Below, in pieces: positions 1-10,037 of a stretch of DNA of 64,000 nucleotides. The DNA is from Actinomycetota bacterium (GTDB taxonomy: Bacteria; Actinomycetota; UBA4738; HRBIN12): positions 32,264-96,263 of the forward strand of contig DATAPH010000023.1 in assembly GCA_036265325.1 (NCBI GenBank). The letters are read 5' to 3'. Under the pieces are notes generated by a model. That model searched no databases. It saw only the letters and a program-made list of their open reading frames with translations, and had not been told where the DNA came from. The position numbers were made by a program, and so were the translations under genes. The number at the start of each line of letters is the position of its first letter. Within the stretch, counting starts at the first letter, position 1.

Positions 1-4
1 CGCC

Positions 5-2239
5 GTGGCTCGGCGAGGACGGGTTTGGCTCGTCGTTCGCGGCGACGGCCGCGCGTGTGGGAGCACCCGTATGAACCTCCGGCTCGCTGGCGCCAAGGCG
101 CTTCCCGAGGACGGCCTCGGGATGCGGGTCGCGGTCGCCGCCGCGGTCGAGATCGGGTTGCTCGCCGTCATGGTCCAGGACGTGCTGAGCGACCGCACGG
201 CGTTCCTCGCGCTCGTCCTCGCGCCGATCGGCTACGTCGTGTCCTATCGCCGCCGGCGGTCGAACAACGTCGCGATCAAGGTCGCGCTCGCGTGCGGGCT
301 GTTCATCGCTACCGCCCGGTTCCTCGGACAGATCGGGTATGTGACGTCGCCCGATGCGGCCCGCGCGCCGCTGGCCGCGTTGTTCCTGTGGGTCCAGGTG
401 CTGCACGCGTTCGACGTGCCGCGCAGGCGCGACCTTGCGTTCTCGATGGTGTCGAGCACCACGATGATCGCGGTCGGGGGGGCGCTCGCGCTGTCGACGT
501 CCTATCTGTGGTGGCTCCTCGCGTGGGCCGTCGCCTCGGGCGCGTGGCTGTGGATGTCATCGCGGCCGCTCGCCGGGGACGTGACGGCCGCCAGCATCGC
601 GCGCACGCGGACGCGTCCCGTCCGCGCGGCGACCTCGCGATCGGTGGTCGCGATCACGGTCGCGGCGCTCGTGGTAGCCATCGCAGTGTTCTCGATGTTG
701 CCGCGGGTGCCCGTGACGATGGTGCGCTCCCTCCCGTTCCGGATGGCGCCGGGGGCGCAGCCCGCACCGACCGATCGCGTGCAGAATCCGGCGCTTCCGC
801 AGGCGACGACCGACGGTCAGGTCGTGGACTTCTCGTCGGACGGCTACCCGGGGTTCAGCGATGTGATGGACCTGCGGGCGAGAGGTCAGCTTTCGAACGA
901 CATCGTCTTCCGGGTGCGCGCGCCGTTCGCGCAGCTTTGGCGCGCGGAGGTGTTCGACACCTACGACGGCAGCCTGTGGACGGAGTCACGCACACACACG
1001 GCGCCGCTCGTCAGCAACGACAGCGGCGGGTACGACGTGCCGGGATCGCAGAGCTTCAACGGCCCGACGAAACCGCTCGTCCAGACGTTCTTCATCCAGC
1101 AATCGCAGCCGAACGTCTTGTTCGGCGCCGCCCAACCGCAGACGGTGTACTTCCCGAGCGGCGCGCTGCAGGCGAACGCCGACCTGTCGATCCGCGCACC
1201 GATCTTCCTCGACCAGGGCCTTGTGTACTCGGTCGAGTCCGCTGTGCCCGCGATGTCGGGCGGCGACCTGGCGCGTCTGCCACCGATGCCGGTCGTGCCG
1301 ACGCACGGCCCTGACGCGCGCTACCTCCAGCTGCCGGCCGAGCTTCCGCAGCGCGATCGTGACCTGGCCGCGCAGATCACGGCAGGCACGCGGAACGAGT
1401 ACGGCGCCGTCATGGCGGTCCAGTCGTGGCTGCAGACCGAAACGCGATACGACCTCACGGTGCCGCGAGAGCCGCCGGGCGTCGACGCGGTGGATCATTT
1501 CCTGTTCGACACCCGCCGGGGGTTCTGCGAGCACATCGCGTCGGCGATGGCGGTGCTGTTGCGCGCCGAGGGGATCCCGACGCGCATCGTGACCGGCTAC
1601 GGACCGGGGGAGCGGAACCCGTTCACCGGCTACTACGACGTGCGCTACTCCGACGCGCATGCGTGGGTCGAGGTCCTGTACCCGCACATCGGATGGATCC
1701 CGTATGACCCCACGTTCGAGGTGCCGCCGGTGCCCGGGGGATGGGGATCGCCGATGGGCGCCGGGCTCGTCTCGTGGCTCACCGGGCAGATCGGCGCCGC
1801 GGTACCGGTCGGCGTCCGGACGTCGGTCGGTGCGGCAGCCCATCGGTTCACGGCCGCCGTCGCCGCCGGGCGCGCGGCGACGCCCGTCGCGATCGCGGTG
1901 GTCTCGATGGCGCTCGTCGGGGCGGTGCTGCGCCGCCGTCGCCGGCGGGCGAAGCCGCCGCCCGCGCGAGACGCCTTCGACCTCGCGTATGCGCAGTTGT
2001 TGGCGGGTCTGTCCGGTGCCGGGCATCCGGCTGAGCCGAGCTGCACGCCCGACGAGGTGCTTGCGTCCGTGCGGGCCGATCCGCGATTCGATGACGAGTT
2101 CACCGCGCACGCCGCGAACGTGGTGACGTCCGTGCGCCGCGCGCGGTTCGCGCGGCCCGAAGACCGGCCCAGTGACGCGGACGGGGTGCGCGCGGTTACG
2201 TCGGCGGCCCGCGTGCGCGAGCTTGCCCGCCACGTCTAA
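5..2239 (+). CDS. Transglutaminase-like (TgpA-type) polytopic membrane protein; the frame is open from window position 5, so the true start may lie upstream or at an internal Met (MNLRLAG, ~71)
   Basis: N-terminal multi-TM region followed by a transglutaminase core (FCEHIASAMAVLLRAEGIPTRIVTGY...DAHAWVEV). The antisense 510-aa ORF is Arg-rich junk. Confidence 0.7.
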   Translation: MARRGRVWLVVRGDGRACGSTRMNLRLAGAKALPEDGLGMRVAVAAAVEIGLLAVMVQDVLSDRTAFLALVLAPIGYVVSYRRRRSNNVAIKVALACGLFIATARFLGQIGYVTSPDAARAPLAALFLWVQVLHAFDVPRRRDLAFSMVSSTTMIAVGGALALSTSYLWWLLAWAVASGAWLWMSSRPLAGDVTAASIARTRTRPVRAATSRSVVAITVAALVVAIAVFSMLPRVPVTMVRSLPFRMAPGAQPAPTDRVQNPALPQATTDGQVVDFSSDGYPGFSDVMDLRARGQLSNDIVFRVRAPFAQLWRAEVFDTYDGSLWTESRTHTAPLVSNDSGGYDVPGSQSFNGPTKPLVQTFFIQQSQPNVLFGAAQPQTVYFPSGALQANADLSIRAPIFLDQGLVYSVESAVPAMSGGDLARLPPMPVVPTHGPDARYLQLPAELPQRDRDLAAQITAGTRNEYGAVMAVQSWLQTETRYDLTVPREPPGVDAVDHFLFDTRRGFCEHIASAMAVLLRAEGIPTRIVTGYGPGERNPFTGYYDVRYSDAHAWVEVLYPHIGWIPYDPTFEVPPVPGGWGSPMGAGLVSWLTGQIGAAVPVGVRTSVGAAAHRFTAAVAAGRAATPVAIAVVSMALVGAVLRRRRRRAKPPPARDAFDLAYAQLLAGLSGAGHPAEPSCTPDEVLASVRADPRFDDEFTAHAANVVTSVRRARFARPEDRPSDADGVRAVTSAARVRELARHV

Positions 2240-2263
2240 GGGCGCCCGCGGTAGGGTGCCTGC

Positions 2264-2470
2264 ATGTGCCGAAGCATCAAACGATTGCGTGCGGGCAGCG
2301 AGGTCGTGCCCGACGATGAGATCCGCGAGGCCGCCCTGCAGTACGTCCGAAAGGTGAGCGGGTTCCGCGAGCCCACCGCCCGGCATCGCGAAGCGTTCGA
2401 CCGAGCCGTCGACGAGGTGGCCGACTCTTCCAAGGAACTGCTGGACACGATCGCACGAGCGCTCGCGTGA
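2264..2470 (+). CDS. DUF2277 small protein
   Basis: MCRSIKRLR...ALQYVRKVSGF signature of the DUF2277 family. Its stop overlaps the next start (GTGA). Confidence 0.7.
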   Translation: MCRSIKRLRAGSEVVPDDEIREAALQYVRKVSGFREPTARHREAFDRAVDEVADSSKELLDTIARALA

Positions 2471-3894
2471 GCGTCGAGCCGCTGCCGGTCGCCGGTGGCA
2501 TGGCGCTCGATCCGTCACCGGAGGACATGCGGGCGATGGGGGCCGCGGTCACCGAGGCGCTCATCGCGTGGATCGGCGGGCTCGCCGACGCGCCGGCAGA
2601 GGCGACCGAGGGCGCGCTCGAGGTCGCGAAGCGATTGACGTCTGCGCCCCCCGAACGGGGAACCGATGACCTCACCGGGCTGCTCGACGACGCGCTCGAC
2701 GCCGCTCGGCACACGTTCGAGTACAGCGGACCCGGCTACCTCGCGTACATCCCGGGCGGCGGACTGTATACGGCGGCGCTGGCGGAGTTCCTCGCCCAGG
2801 GATTGAACCGGTACGTGGGGCTGTGGCAACCGAGCCCCGCGGTCGTGCAGCTGGAAGAGAACGTCACGCGATGGCTGTGCAGCCTATTCGAGTTCCCGGC
2901 CGAGACCTCGCAAGGCGTGCTGACCTCCGGTGGATCGCTGGCCAACCTGTCGGCGGTCGTGACGGCGCGGCACGCGAAGCTCGGCCGCGACTTCCTCGAC
3001 GGCACGTACTACGTGACTGACCAGGCGCACGGCTCCAATACCAAGGCGACGACGATCGCGGGGTTCGGTCCGGATGCGCTGCGGATCGTGCCGACGGACG
3101 ACGAGCTTCGGATGGACACCGATGCCCTCGCGCGGATGATCCGTGAGGATCGCGACGCAGGCAGGCGGCCGTTCCTCGTGATCGGGGCGGCCGGGACGAC
3201 GAACACCGGCGCGATCGATCCGCTCGAAGCGATCGCCGACGTCGCGGCACGCGAGGGGCTGTGGTTCCACGTCGACGGGGCGTACGGCGGGTTCTTCGTG
3301 CTGACCGACCGTGGGCGCGAGCGGTTCGCGGGCGCCGAACGGGCAGACAGCATCACGCTCGACCCGCACAAGGGCCTGTTCCTGCCGTACGGGACCGGCG
3401 GGCTGATCGTTCGGGACCGTACGTCGATGCGCGATGCACATTTCGAAGGTGCCGCGTACCTGCAGGATCTGCCGCCGGCGGGCGACCTTCCCAACTACAA
3501 CGAGCTGACGCCGGAGCTCTCGCGCGACATGCGAGGGCTGCGCGTCTGGTGGCCGCTCTCGCTGCATGGCGTCTCGGCGTTCCGCGATGCGCTCGATGAG
3601 AAGCTCGACCTGACGGAGCGCGCGTACGCGGCGCTCGAGGCCGATCCCGCGATCGAGGTCGGCTGGCCTCCGCAGCTGTCGGTCGTTGCGTTCCGGCTCC
3701 GCGGCGGCGACGAGACAGCGACCCGCGAGCTGCTCGAGCGGATCAACGCGTCGAAACGGGTGTTCCTGTCGTCGACCTTGATCGGCGACGAGTACTGGCT
3801 GCGGATCTGCATCGTGTCGCACCGCACGCACGCGGACCGTATCGACGAGTGCACGGCGATCGTGCGCGAGGCGGCCGCCGGCATCGGCGGATGA
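2467..3894 (+). CDS. PLP-dependent amino-acid decarboxylase, group II (aromatic/glutamate/DABA decarboxylase fold)
   Basis: [16 protein letters not shown] and [13 protein letters not shown] (PLP-binding lysine) motifs. Confidence 0.8.
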   Translation: MSVEPLPVAGGMALDPSPEDMRAMGAAVTEALIAWIGGLADAPAEATEGALEVAKRLTSAPPERGTDDLTGLLDDALDAARHTFEYSGPGYLAYIPGGGLYTAALAEFLAQGLNRYVGLWQPSPAVVQLEENVTRWLCSLFEFPAETSQGVLTSGGSLANLSAVVTARHAKLGRDFLDGTYYVTDQAHGSNTKATTIAGFGPDALRIVPTDDELRMDTDALARMIREDRDAGRRPFLVIGAAGTTNTGAIDPLEAIADVAAREGLWFHVDGAYGGFFVLTDRGRERFAGAERADSITLDPHKGLFLPYGTGGLIVRDRTSMRDAHFEGAAYLQDLPPAGDLPNYNELTPELSRDMRGLRVWWPLSLHGVSAFRDALDEKLDLTERAYAALEADPAIEVGWPPQLSVVAFRLRGGDETATRELLERINASKRVFLSSTLIGDEYWLRICIVSHRTHADRIDECTAIVREAAAGIGG

Positions 3895-3898
3895 GCGG

Positions 3899-4735
3899 AT
3901 GCCTGAGTTCCCCGAGATCCGGGCGCTCGCGGAACGGCTGAACGAGGTCGCGGCCGGCGGCACGCTTCGCGGCGCCGATGTGCTGCAGTTCTCGTCGCTG
4001 AAGACGGTCACACCGCGGGCGACCGACTTGCCCAACGCGGTGATCGAGCGTGTGTCGAGCCTCGGCAAGTACGTCGTGATGGAGCTCGACGACGGACGCC
4101 GTGTCCTGGTGCACCTGTCGCAGGGCGGCCGCGTCGACGTCGAAGCGCCGCCGAAGGCGACGAAGCCGCGCGGCGCGGTCGTACGGTTCCGGATCGACGA
4201 ACGGCCCTCGATCCTGGTGAAGGAGTTCGGGAAGCAACGCAAGGCCGGTTGGTGGGTGCTGGCGCCCGGCGACGACGGGCCGCTGACGAAGCTGGGCCCG
4301 GAGGTGCTGACGCCGGAGGCCGACGCGATGCTCGGAACGGCGGCCGACAATCGGCGTGTGCACACGATCCTTCGCGATCAGCGGACGATCGCCGGCGTGG
4401 GGCGCGGATACAGCGACGACATCTTGCACGGTGCGCAGCTGTCGCCGACCGCCCAGCTCGCCAAGCTCGACGCCGCGCAACGAACGGCGTTGATCGCCGC
4501 GGTGCATGACGTCCTGAGCGACGCGATCGAGGCGGAGCGACGGCGGTCCGGCGGCTTACCCACGAAGATCGGCGACCACTTCGTTGTGCACAATCGCGCA
4601 GGCCAGCCGTGCCCTCGCTGCGGCGCCGATCTCCGTCGCGTCAGTTACGAGGACTTCGAGGTCACGTACTGTCCCGATTGCCAGACCGACGGCAAGGTGC
4701 TCGCCGACCGCCGCCTGTCGCGCCTGCTGCGCTGA
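3899..4735 (+). CDS. Fpg/Nei family DNA glycosylase (formamidopyrimidine-DNA glycosylase / endonuclease VIII)
   Basis: N-terminal MPEFPEI (catalytic Pro2, Glu3). C-terminal zinc finger CPRCG...CPDCQ. Confidence 0.8.
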   Translation: MPEFPEIRALAERLNEVAAGGTLRGADVLQFSSLKTVTPRATDLPNAVIERVSSLGKYVVMELDDGRRVLVHLSQGGRVDVEAPPKATKPRGAVVRFRIDERPSILVKEFGKQRKAGWWVLAPGDDGPLTKLGPEVLTPEADAMLGTAADNRRVHTILRDQRTIAGVGRGYSDDILHGAQLSPTAQLAKLDAAQRTALIAAVHDVLSDAIEAERRRSGGLPTKIGDHFVVHNRAGQPCPRCGADLRRVSYEDFEVTYCPDCQTDGKVLADRRLSRLLR

Positions 4736-4736
4736 C

Positions 4737-5867
4737 TCATCCGGTCTCGGTGAGCGCCGGTGGATCGTGCGTCGGCGCCGGGCCCGCGACGTAGGGCGTG
4801 CCGTCGGGCCGGTACCAGCGAAGATCGCCTTGCGCGCTTCCTTTGATCCACCAACCGTATTCGTGGACGAGCTTGTGGTGCCAGGAGCACAGGGTGGCGA
4901 GGTTGTCGAGGTCGGTCGCACCGCCCTCACGCCAGAACACGATGTGGTGCGCCTGCGTGAACGCCTTGGTGCCGCAGCCAGGGAACCGGCACCCGCCGTC
5001 GCGGTACCGGACCTGACGCAAGAGCCATGGCGGGGGCACGCGGGTGATGCGACCCATGCCGATCACCCGTCCGTCTGATGCCTCGTGCACCGTTTCGACA
5101 CGCGCGGCGCACAGCAGACGTTCGAGCGTCGACGGCTGCGCGATGCCGCCGCCCTCGACCTCAGCGCTCGTCGCTGCATCGGACGTGCCGACTCGGGCGT
5201 GGATCACGATCGTCGCGCGGTCGGGGTCCGGGTCGGCCGAGAGCCGCGCCGAGCACAACCCGACGAACGCGTCGGCCCGGCGGGCCGGCGCGTGCCGGGA
5301 GCCCTTCTCGTGCGGCATCTCCGGGACCGACGCCGCCACCCGATCGATCGCGGTCGCGACGACGGCGCCCTGCGCCGCGGGCAGGTCGGCGTGGAGCTCG
5401 AACCGACGTCCCTCGTCGCGGAACGCCCACGTGACCGAGCGCATCGCGTCGTCGTCGGCCGCTTCGTCCGGCTCGCCGCGGCGCGCGACGTCGCCTTCGT
5501 TGCGGATGCGGGCGGCCGACACCTTCTGCGCCCAGGGCACAAGCCCGTCTTCGGTGTCCGGCTGCGCGAAGCGCGCGAGCTCGACCACCTTGTCCACGCC
5601 CAGGTCGCCCCGGTCGAGCGCCTGTGAGATCGCGGGCAGGTGGGGAAGCGCGGCCGCCGCTTCGATCACCCGACGAGCCTTCCAATCGGACATTCCATAG
5701 CGCATCCACAACCACTGCGCGAGGTCGCGCGCGCCGTCGTTGGCCCAGGCGCATGTTCGATCCACTTCACGCACCGCGCTGAAGAACTCCTTGTTCGCGT
5801 GACCCATGCCCACATGGGCCTCATCGCACCGTTGGACGACAGCAGTTCGTCCATCTCTCTCATCCAC
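4737..5867 (-). CDS. DUF222-type HNH endonuclease (actinobacterial 13E12-repeat-like)
   Basis: C-terminal CRFPGCG...AHHIVFW...DLDNLATLCSWHHKLVH HNH motif. DUF222-like N-terminal helical region. Confidence 0.75.
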   Translation of the reverse strand: MDERDGRTAVVQRCDEAHVGMGHANKEFFSAVREVDRTCAWANDGARDLAQWLWMRYGMSDWKARRVIEAAAALPHLPAISQALDRGDLGVDKVVELARFAQPDTEDGLVPWAQKVSAARIRNEGDVARRGEPDEAADDDAMRSVTWAFRDEGRRFELHADLPAAQGAVVATAIDRVAASVPEMPHEKGSRHAPARRADAFVGLCSARLSADPDPDRATIVIHARVGTSDAATSAEVEGGGIAQPSTLERLLCAARVETVHEASDGRVIGMGRITRVPPPWLLRQVRYRDGGCRFPGCGTKAFTQAHHIVFWREGGATDLDNLATLCSWHHKLVHEYGWWIKGSAQGDLRWYRPDGTPYVAGPAPTHDPPALTETG

Positions 5868-5906
5868 CGTGGCATCGCACCGATCCGGGGGAGGAGAGGT
5901 TGCGAG

Positions 5907-7412
5907 ATGTTTGCGCGATGGTATCGAACATACGTTCGAACGTCAACCATGAGCGGACGCGGTGCTAGCCTTCGCGCGATGTTTCGACGTCTGGCCGCCA
6001 CGTTGCCGATCTTCGCGCTGGTCGCGGCCACCGTGCCGAGAGTAGCCGTGGCCGCCGCTCCAACGGTCGTGAACGTCTCGCGCCGCCCCACGAATCAGTC
6101 GGAGGCCGCCGTTGCGGCCAGCCCGCTCAACCCCAACGACGTCGTGATCGTCTCCAACATCGAGCGCGGCTACGGGATCTTCGTCGCCGTGAGCCACGAC
6201 GCGGGGGCGACGTGGTCGCGCGACGTCCTCGGCGACGCCGACACCTTCGGTCGTGCGTGCTGCGACCCGACGATCTCGTGGGACCGGTTCGGGAACCTGT
6301 TCCTGTCCTGGCTCGGCTACGGCAAGCTGCGCTACCCGACGGTCGTGCCGATCCTGCTCAGCACCGATGCCGGCGACAGCTGGTCGCTGCTCACCAGGAT
6401 CACGCCGCCCGCCGCAGTGCCGGCGACGACGATGAACGTGCGGGCGCCGCTCGCGTCCGAGAGCGGGCCCAAGGATGATGCCGAAGATCGTGGCCCCGGC
6501 TTCCTCGACCAGCCGACGATCACGAGCGGCGCGCGCTCATTGTGGGCGACGTGGAACAACGAGGGCGAGATGCAGGCGGTCGGCGCCCGCGTCCACGGCC
6601 TCGGCGACGTCGCGCCCTTGAAGCCGGTGCATGACGTGCCCGGCGGGCACAACTGCACCTTTGGCGATGTGGCGATCGGACCCGGCGGAGCTGTGGCCGA
6701 GGTGTGCCAGAAGGATGAGGACCGGTTCAACCCGGTTCGGTCGGTGCTCCGGTTCACCGTCGACCCCGACGGACTTCGCCCACACCCGTTCCGGAAGGCG
6801 ACCGTCGTGGCGCGCACCGATGTGTCGCTGTTCGAGCCGATCCGGCCGCAGCGACTGCGGACGGTCGACGCGGAAGCTGGGCTGGCGTGGATCCGGACGG
6901 GCGCCCTTCGTGGCAGGCTCGCGCTGATGTTCACCGTCGAGACCCCCGATCAGAGCGACAACACCGACGTCTACGTCAAGACCTCGGGCGATCGCGGCAA
7001 GACGTGGTCCGGCCGCATCCCCGTCACGACGGCGCCGCGGGCGCAGTTCCTCCCGCGGATGGCGATGGACCCAGCGACCGGGCACTTGGTGGTCGGCTGG
7101 CACGACGCGAGCCTCGACAGGGGATCGGGCGCCTACGACACGGACGGCCGACCGAACAGCGACGCGATGTACGCGCTGTCCTTCAGCGCGAACGGCGGGA
7201 CCACGTGGAGCCCCCCCGAGATGATCAGCGACGGCGCATCCAACGCGAAGGCGAGCGCGAACGGCATCGACTTCGGCGACTACACCGGGATGTCGTTCGC
7301 CTTCGGTGTCGCGCACCCGGCCTGGGCCGACAACTCGAACAGCACCAGAGATGATCCGGCCGGCACGCTGCACTCGTTCGACATCTATTCCGCGGCGGTG
7401 CCCGAGCCCTGA
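5907..7412 (+). CDS. Secreted BNR/Asp-box repeat protein (sialidase-like beta-propeller)
   Basis: Four S-x-D-x-G-x-T-W Asp boxes (SHDAGATWS, STDAGDSWS, SGDRGKTWS, SANGGTTWS). Signal-peptide-like N-terminus. GGAGGAGAGG SD 8 nt upstream of the ATG at 5907 (alternative start ATG 5949). Confidence 0.7.
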   Translation: MFARWYRTYVRTSTMSGRGASLRAMFRRLAATLPIFALVAATVPRVAVAAAPTVVNVSRRPTNQSEAAVAASPLNPNDVVIVSNIERGYGIFVAVSHDAGATWSRDVLGDADTFGRACCDPTISWDRFGNLFLSWLGYGKLRYPTVVPILLSTDAGDSWSLLTRITPPAAVPATTMNVRAPLASESGPKDDAEDRGPGFLDQPTITSGARSLWATWNNEGEMQAVGARVHGLGDVAPLKPVHDVPGGHNCTFGDVAIGPGGAVAEVCQKDEDRFNPVRSVLRFTVDPDGLRPHPFRKATVVARTDVSLFEPIRPQRLRTVDAEAGLAWIRTGALRGRLALMFTVETPDQSDNTDVYVKTSGDRGKTWSGRIPVTTAPRAQFLPRMAMDPATGHLVVGWHDASLDRGSGAYDTDGRPNSDAMYALSFSANGGTTWSPPEMISDGASNAKASANGIDFGDYTGMSFAFGVAHPAWADNSNSTRDDPAGTLHSFDIYSAAVPEP

Positions 7413-7428
7413 GCGCGAGGCCCCGCGA

Positions 7429-9018
7429 TCAGTGCGCGGGGATCGGCTCCGCTTCGGGAGCGTCCGCGGCCGCGTGATGCTCCTCGATCGTCTCGCGGCC
7501 GGGGATCAACCGGTTCGACACGATCGCGGCGATCAGTAGCACCGTTCCCGCGAACAGCAGCGCCGGGCGGAACCCCTGCATGAACGCGTCGCGGAACGCG
7601 GCCGCCACGCCGCTGATCTGTTGAGGGCTGAGGCCGAGCGCCGCCAGGCTTTCAGGCGTCAGGACGCCGTGCTTGGCGCTGTCTTGGATCGCCCCGAGCT
7701 GCGTGGCCGACAGGCCGAGGCTCTGGACGGCGGGCGCGAACGAGCTCTTGAGCTGCGTCGTCAGGATCGCGCCGAGGACCGCGATGCCCAGCACGCCGCC
7801 GACCTCACGGCTCGTGTTCGTCATCGCCGACCCGAGGCCGGCGCGCTCGCGCCCGACGCTGTTCATGACTGCCGCGGTCATCGGCGCCATGGTCGCGCCC
7901 ATCCCGTGGCCCATCGCGAGGAAGATCGGGAACATCACCCAGTACGAGGTCGTCGGCGTCAGCAGCAGACCCAGCAGGAACAGCCCGCCGCCAGCCAGTA
8001 CGAGCCCGTACGTCATCGGCGCCCTCGACCCGTGCCGTGACGCGTAACTCCCGGCGTACGGCGCCGTGACGATGATCATCACGGTCAGCGGCAGGAACGA
8101 GGCACCCGCCTGGAACGGCGAGTACCCCTTGATGTTCTGCATGTAGAGCGTCAGGAAGAAGAACGTTGCGAACATCCCCAGCGCGATCGAGAAGGCGACG
8201 CTGTTGCCCGCCGAGAACGCCGGGATCCTGAAGAAGCGAAGCGGCATCATCGGGTGCTTGGTCCGCAGCTCCCACCACAGGAACGCGACCAGCAACACCG
8301 CGAACAAGACAAGCGACGCGATGATCCGCGTGTTGCCCCAGCCCAACGCGTTGGCCTCGATCAGGCCGTAGGTCACGCAGAACAGAGCCGACGTGCCCAG
8401 GACGAGCCCGACGATGTCGAGCTTGCGCTCCTGCTCGGACCGCGACTCGCGAACGGTGATGGTGGCCACGATGAACGCGACGATGCCGATCGGCACGTTC
8501 AGGAAGAACACCGACGCCCAGCCGAGGTGCTCGACCATGTAACCGCCGAGCGTCGGTCCGAGCGCCAGGGCGATGCCCGACACCCCGGCCCACAACCCGA
8601 GCGCCTTGGCGCGCTCGTGCGGCGGGAACGTCACCGTGATGATCGACAGCGTGCCGGGGATCAGCAGGGCGCCACCGACGCCCTGCAGCGCCCGCGCCAC
8701 GATCAGCTGTTGCGGCGAGCCCGCGAGCCCGCAGGCGAACGAGAACAGCGTGAAGACCGCGAGGCCGCCAAGGAACATCTTCTTGCGGCCGTAGCGATCG
8801 CCGAGGATGCCGCCGGTGAGCAGCAGTGAGGCGAACGCGAGGACGTACGCATCAACGACCCACTGGAGCTCGGAGAAGCCGGCGTTCAGGTCCTGCTGGA
8901 TCCGTGGTAGCGCGACGTTGACGACTGTGTTGTCGAGCATCGCCATCGCGAGCGCGAAGCACATCGTCAGCAAGACGATGACCTTCTCGCGGGCGTTCTC
9001 GCCTTCGAACCCGAGCAT
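7429..9018 (-). CDS. MFS transporter, DHA2 (EmrB/QacA, 14-TMS) family
   Basis: Characteristic MFS motifs (LDNTVVNVALP, GGILGDRYGRKK). 14 predicted TM segments. GAGGAGGG SD just upstream of the ATG at 9018. The longer ORF extension to 9678 is Arg-rich junk. Confidence 0.85.
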   Translation of the reverse strand: MLGFEGENAREKVIVLLTMCFALAMAMLDNTVVNVALPRIQQDLNAGFSELQWVVDAYVLAFASLLLTGGILGDRYGRKKMFLGGLAVFTLFSFACGLAGSPQQLIVARALQGVGGALLIPGTLSIITVTFPPHERAKALGLWAGVSGIALALGPTLGGYMVEHLGWASVFFLNVPIGIVAFIVATITVRESRSEQERKLDIVGLVLGTSALFCVTYGLIEANALGWGNTRIIASLVLFAVLLVAFLWWELRTKHPMMPLRFFRIPAFSAGNSVAFSIALGMFATFFFLTLYMQNIKGYSPFQAGASFLPLTVMIIVTAPYAGSYASRHGSRAPMTYGLVLAGGGLFLLGLLLTPTTSYWVMFPIFLAMGHGMGATMAPMTAAVMNSVGRERAGLGSAMTNTSREVGGVLGIAVLGAILTTQLKSSFAPAVQSLGLSATQLGAIQDSAKHGVLTPESLAALGLSPQQISGVAAAFRDAFMQGFRPALLFAGTVLLIAAIVSNRLIPGRETIEEHHAAADAPEAEPIPAH

Positions 9019-9149
9019 TGACCCTCCTCGTCGGCCGTATCCGCTGCTCAACCCACGCGGGGGCGGCGTTGTTCCCGGTCGGACCAGCCTACCCCGGTCT
9101 CCGGACATGCCCGAGACCGCGCAGGAGGGGCCGTATCCTGACCAGGCCC
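9019..9149. promoter_or_regulatory. Divergent intergenic region between the MFS and ABC genes; presumably holds both promoters
   Basis: About 130 bp between divergent starts. AGGAGGGG on the plus strand at ~9123-9130. Confidence 0.4.
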
Positions 9150-10037
9150 GTGCTTGAGCTCGTCGACCTGTATCGCCGCTTCGGAGACGTCGTTGCGCTC
9201 GACGGCGTCTCGTTCTCGGTTGGCGAAGGCCGCATCGTCGGTTTCGTCGGACGCAACGGCGCCGGCAAAACGACGGCGATGCGGATCGCGCTCGGCGTGC
9301 TGCAGGCCGACGACGGAACGGTGCGCTGGCGCGGCGTGCCGGTCGACACTGCCGCACGCCGCCGCTTCGGGTATATGCCCGAGGAACGCGGCCTGTATCC
9401 GAAGATGCGCGTGCTGGAGCAGCTCGTCTACCTCGCTCGGTTGCGGGGCGTCGCGAAGACTCAGGCGCGAGCGAACGCCGAGGAGCTGCTCGAAACGCTC
9501 GAGGTGGTCGGCGACCCTGGCGCGCGCGTCGAGTCGTTGTCGCTCGGCAATCAACAGCGCGTGCAGCTCGCCGCGGCGCTCGTGCATCGGCCGGAGCTGC
9601 TCGTGCTGGACGAACCCTTCGCCGGGCTCGACCCCGTCGGCGTCGACGTGCTGTCGGGCGTGCTGCGCCGCGCGGCACGCGAGGGCGCGGCGGTCGTGTT
9701 CTCGAGCCACCAGCTCGAGCTCGTCGAGCGGCTCTGCGACGCGGTCGTGTTGATCGACCGGGGGCGGATCGCAGCGCAAGGGACGATCACCGAGCTCCGC
9801 GAGTCTCGTGCGCGGAACCTCTGGCGCGTTCGGCTGCGCGATGTGACGTCGTCTTGGTGGGAGGTCATCCCCGGTGTGACCCCCGTGCAGCGCGACGATG
9901 GCGTGATCGTGCTCGAGCTCGCGTCTTCGACCGATCCACAGCGGCTGCTCGACGTCGCGCGCGCCGCGGGCGATGTTCTGTCGTTCGGTTCGGTGCAGCC
10001 CTCGCTGCAAGAGCTCTTCCGCGAGGTTGTCTCGTGA
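9150..10037 (+). CDS. ABC transporter ATP-binding protein (ABC-2 subfamily type)
   Basis: Walker A GRNGAGKTT, signature LSLGNQQRV, Walker B LLVLDEPFAGLD. No in-frame ATG; GTG at 9150 chosen (CTG 9138 is the alternative). Start uncertain. Confidence 0.75.
   Translation: MLELVDLYRRFGDVVALDGVSFSVGEGRIVGFVGRNGAGKTTAMRIALGVLQADDGTVRWRGVPVDTAARRRFGYMPEERGLYPKMRVLEQLVYLARLRGVAKTQARANAEELLETLEVVGDPGARVESLSLGNQQRVQLAAALVHRPELLVLDEPFAGLDPVGVDVLSGVLRRAAREGAAVVFSSHQLELVERLCDAVVLIDRGRIAAQGTITELRESRARNLWRVRLRDVTSSWWEVIPGVTPVQRDDGVIVLELASSTDPQRLLDVARAAGDVLSFGSVQPSLQELFREVVS

Noticed and set aside
986-2518. 510-aa antisense ORF opposite the transglutaminase gene
   Set aside because: Extremely Arg/Pro-rich, no motifs. 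A typical high-GC shadow ORF.  The sense strand encodes a recognisable TgpA-like protein.
2884-4365. 493-aa minus-strand ORF spanning the decarboxylase and fpg genes
   Set aside because: Arg-rich, low complexity, overlaps two confidently identified plus-strand genes.
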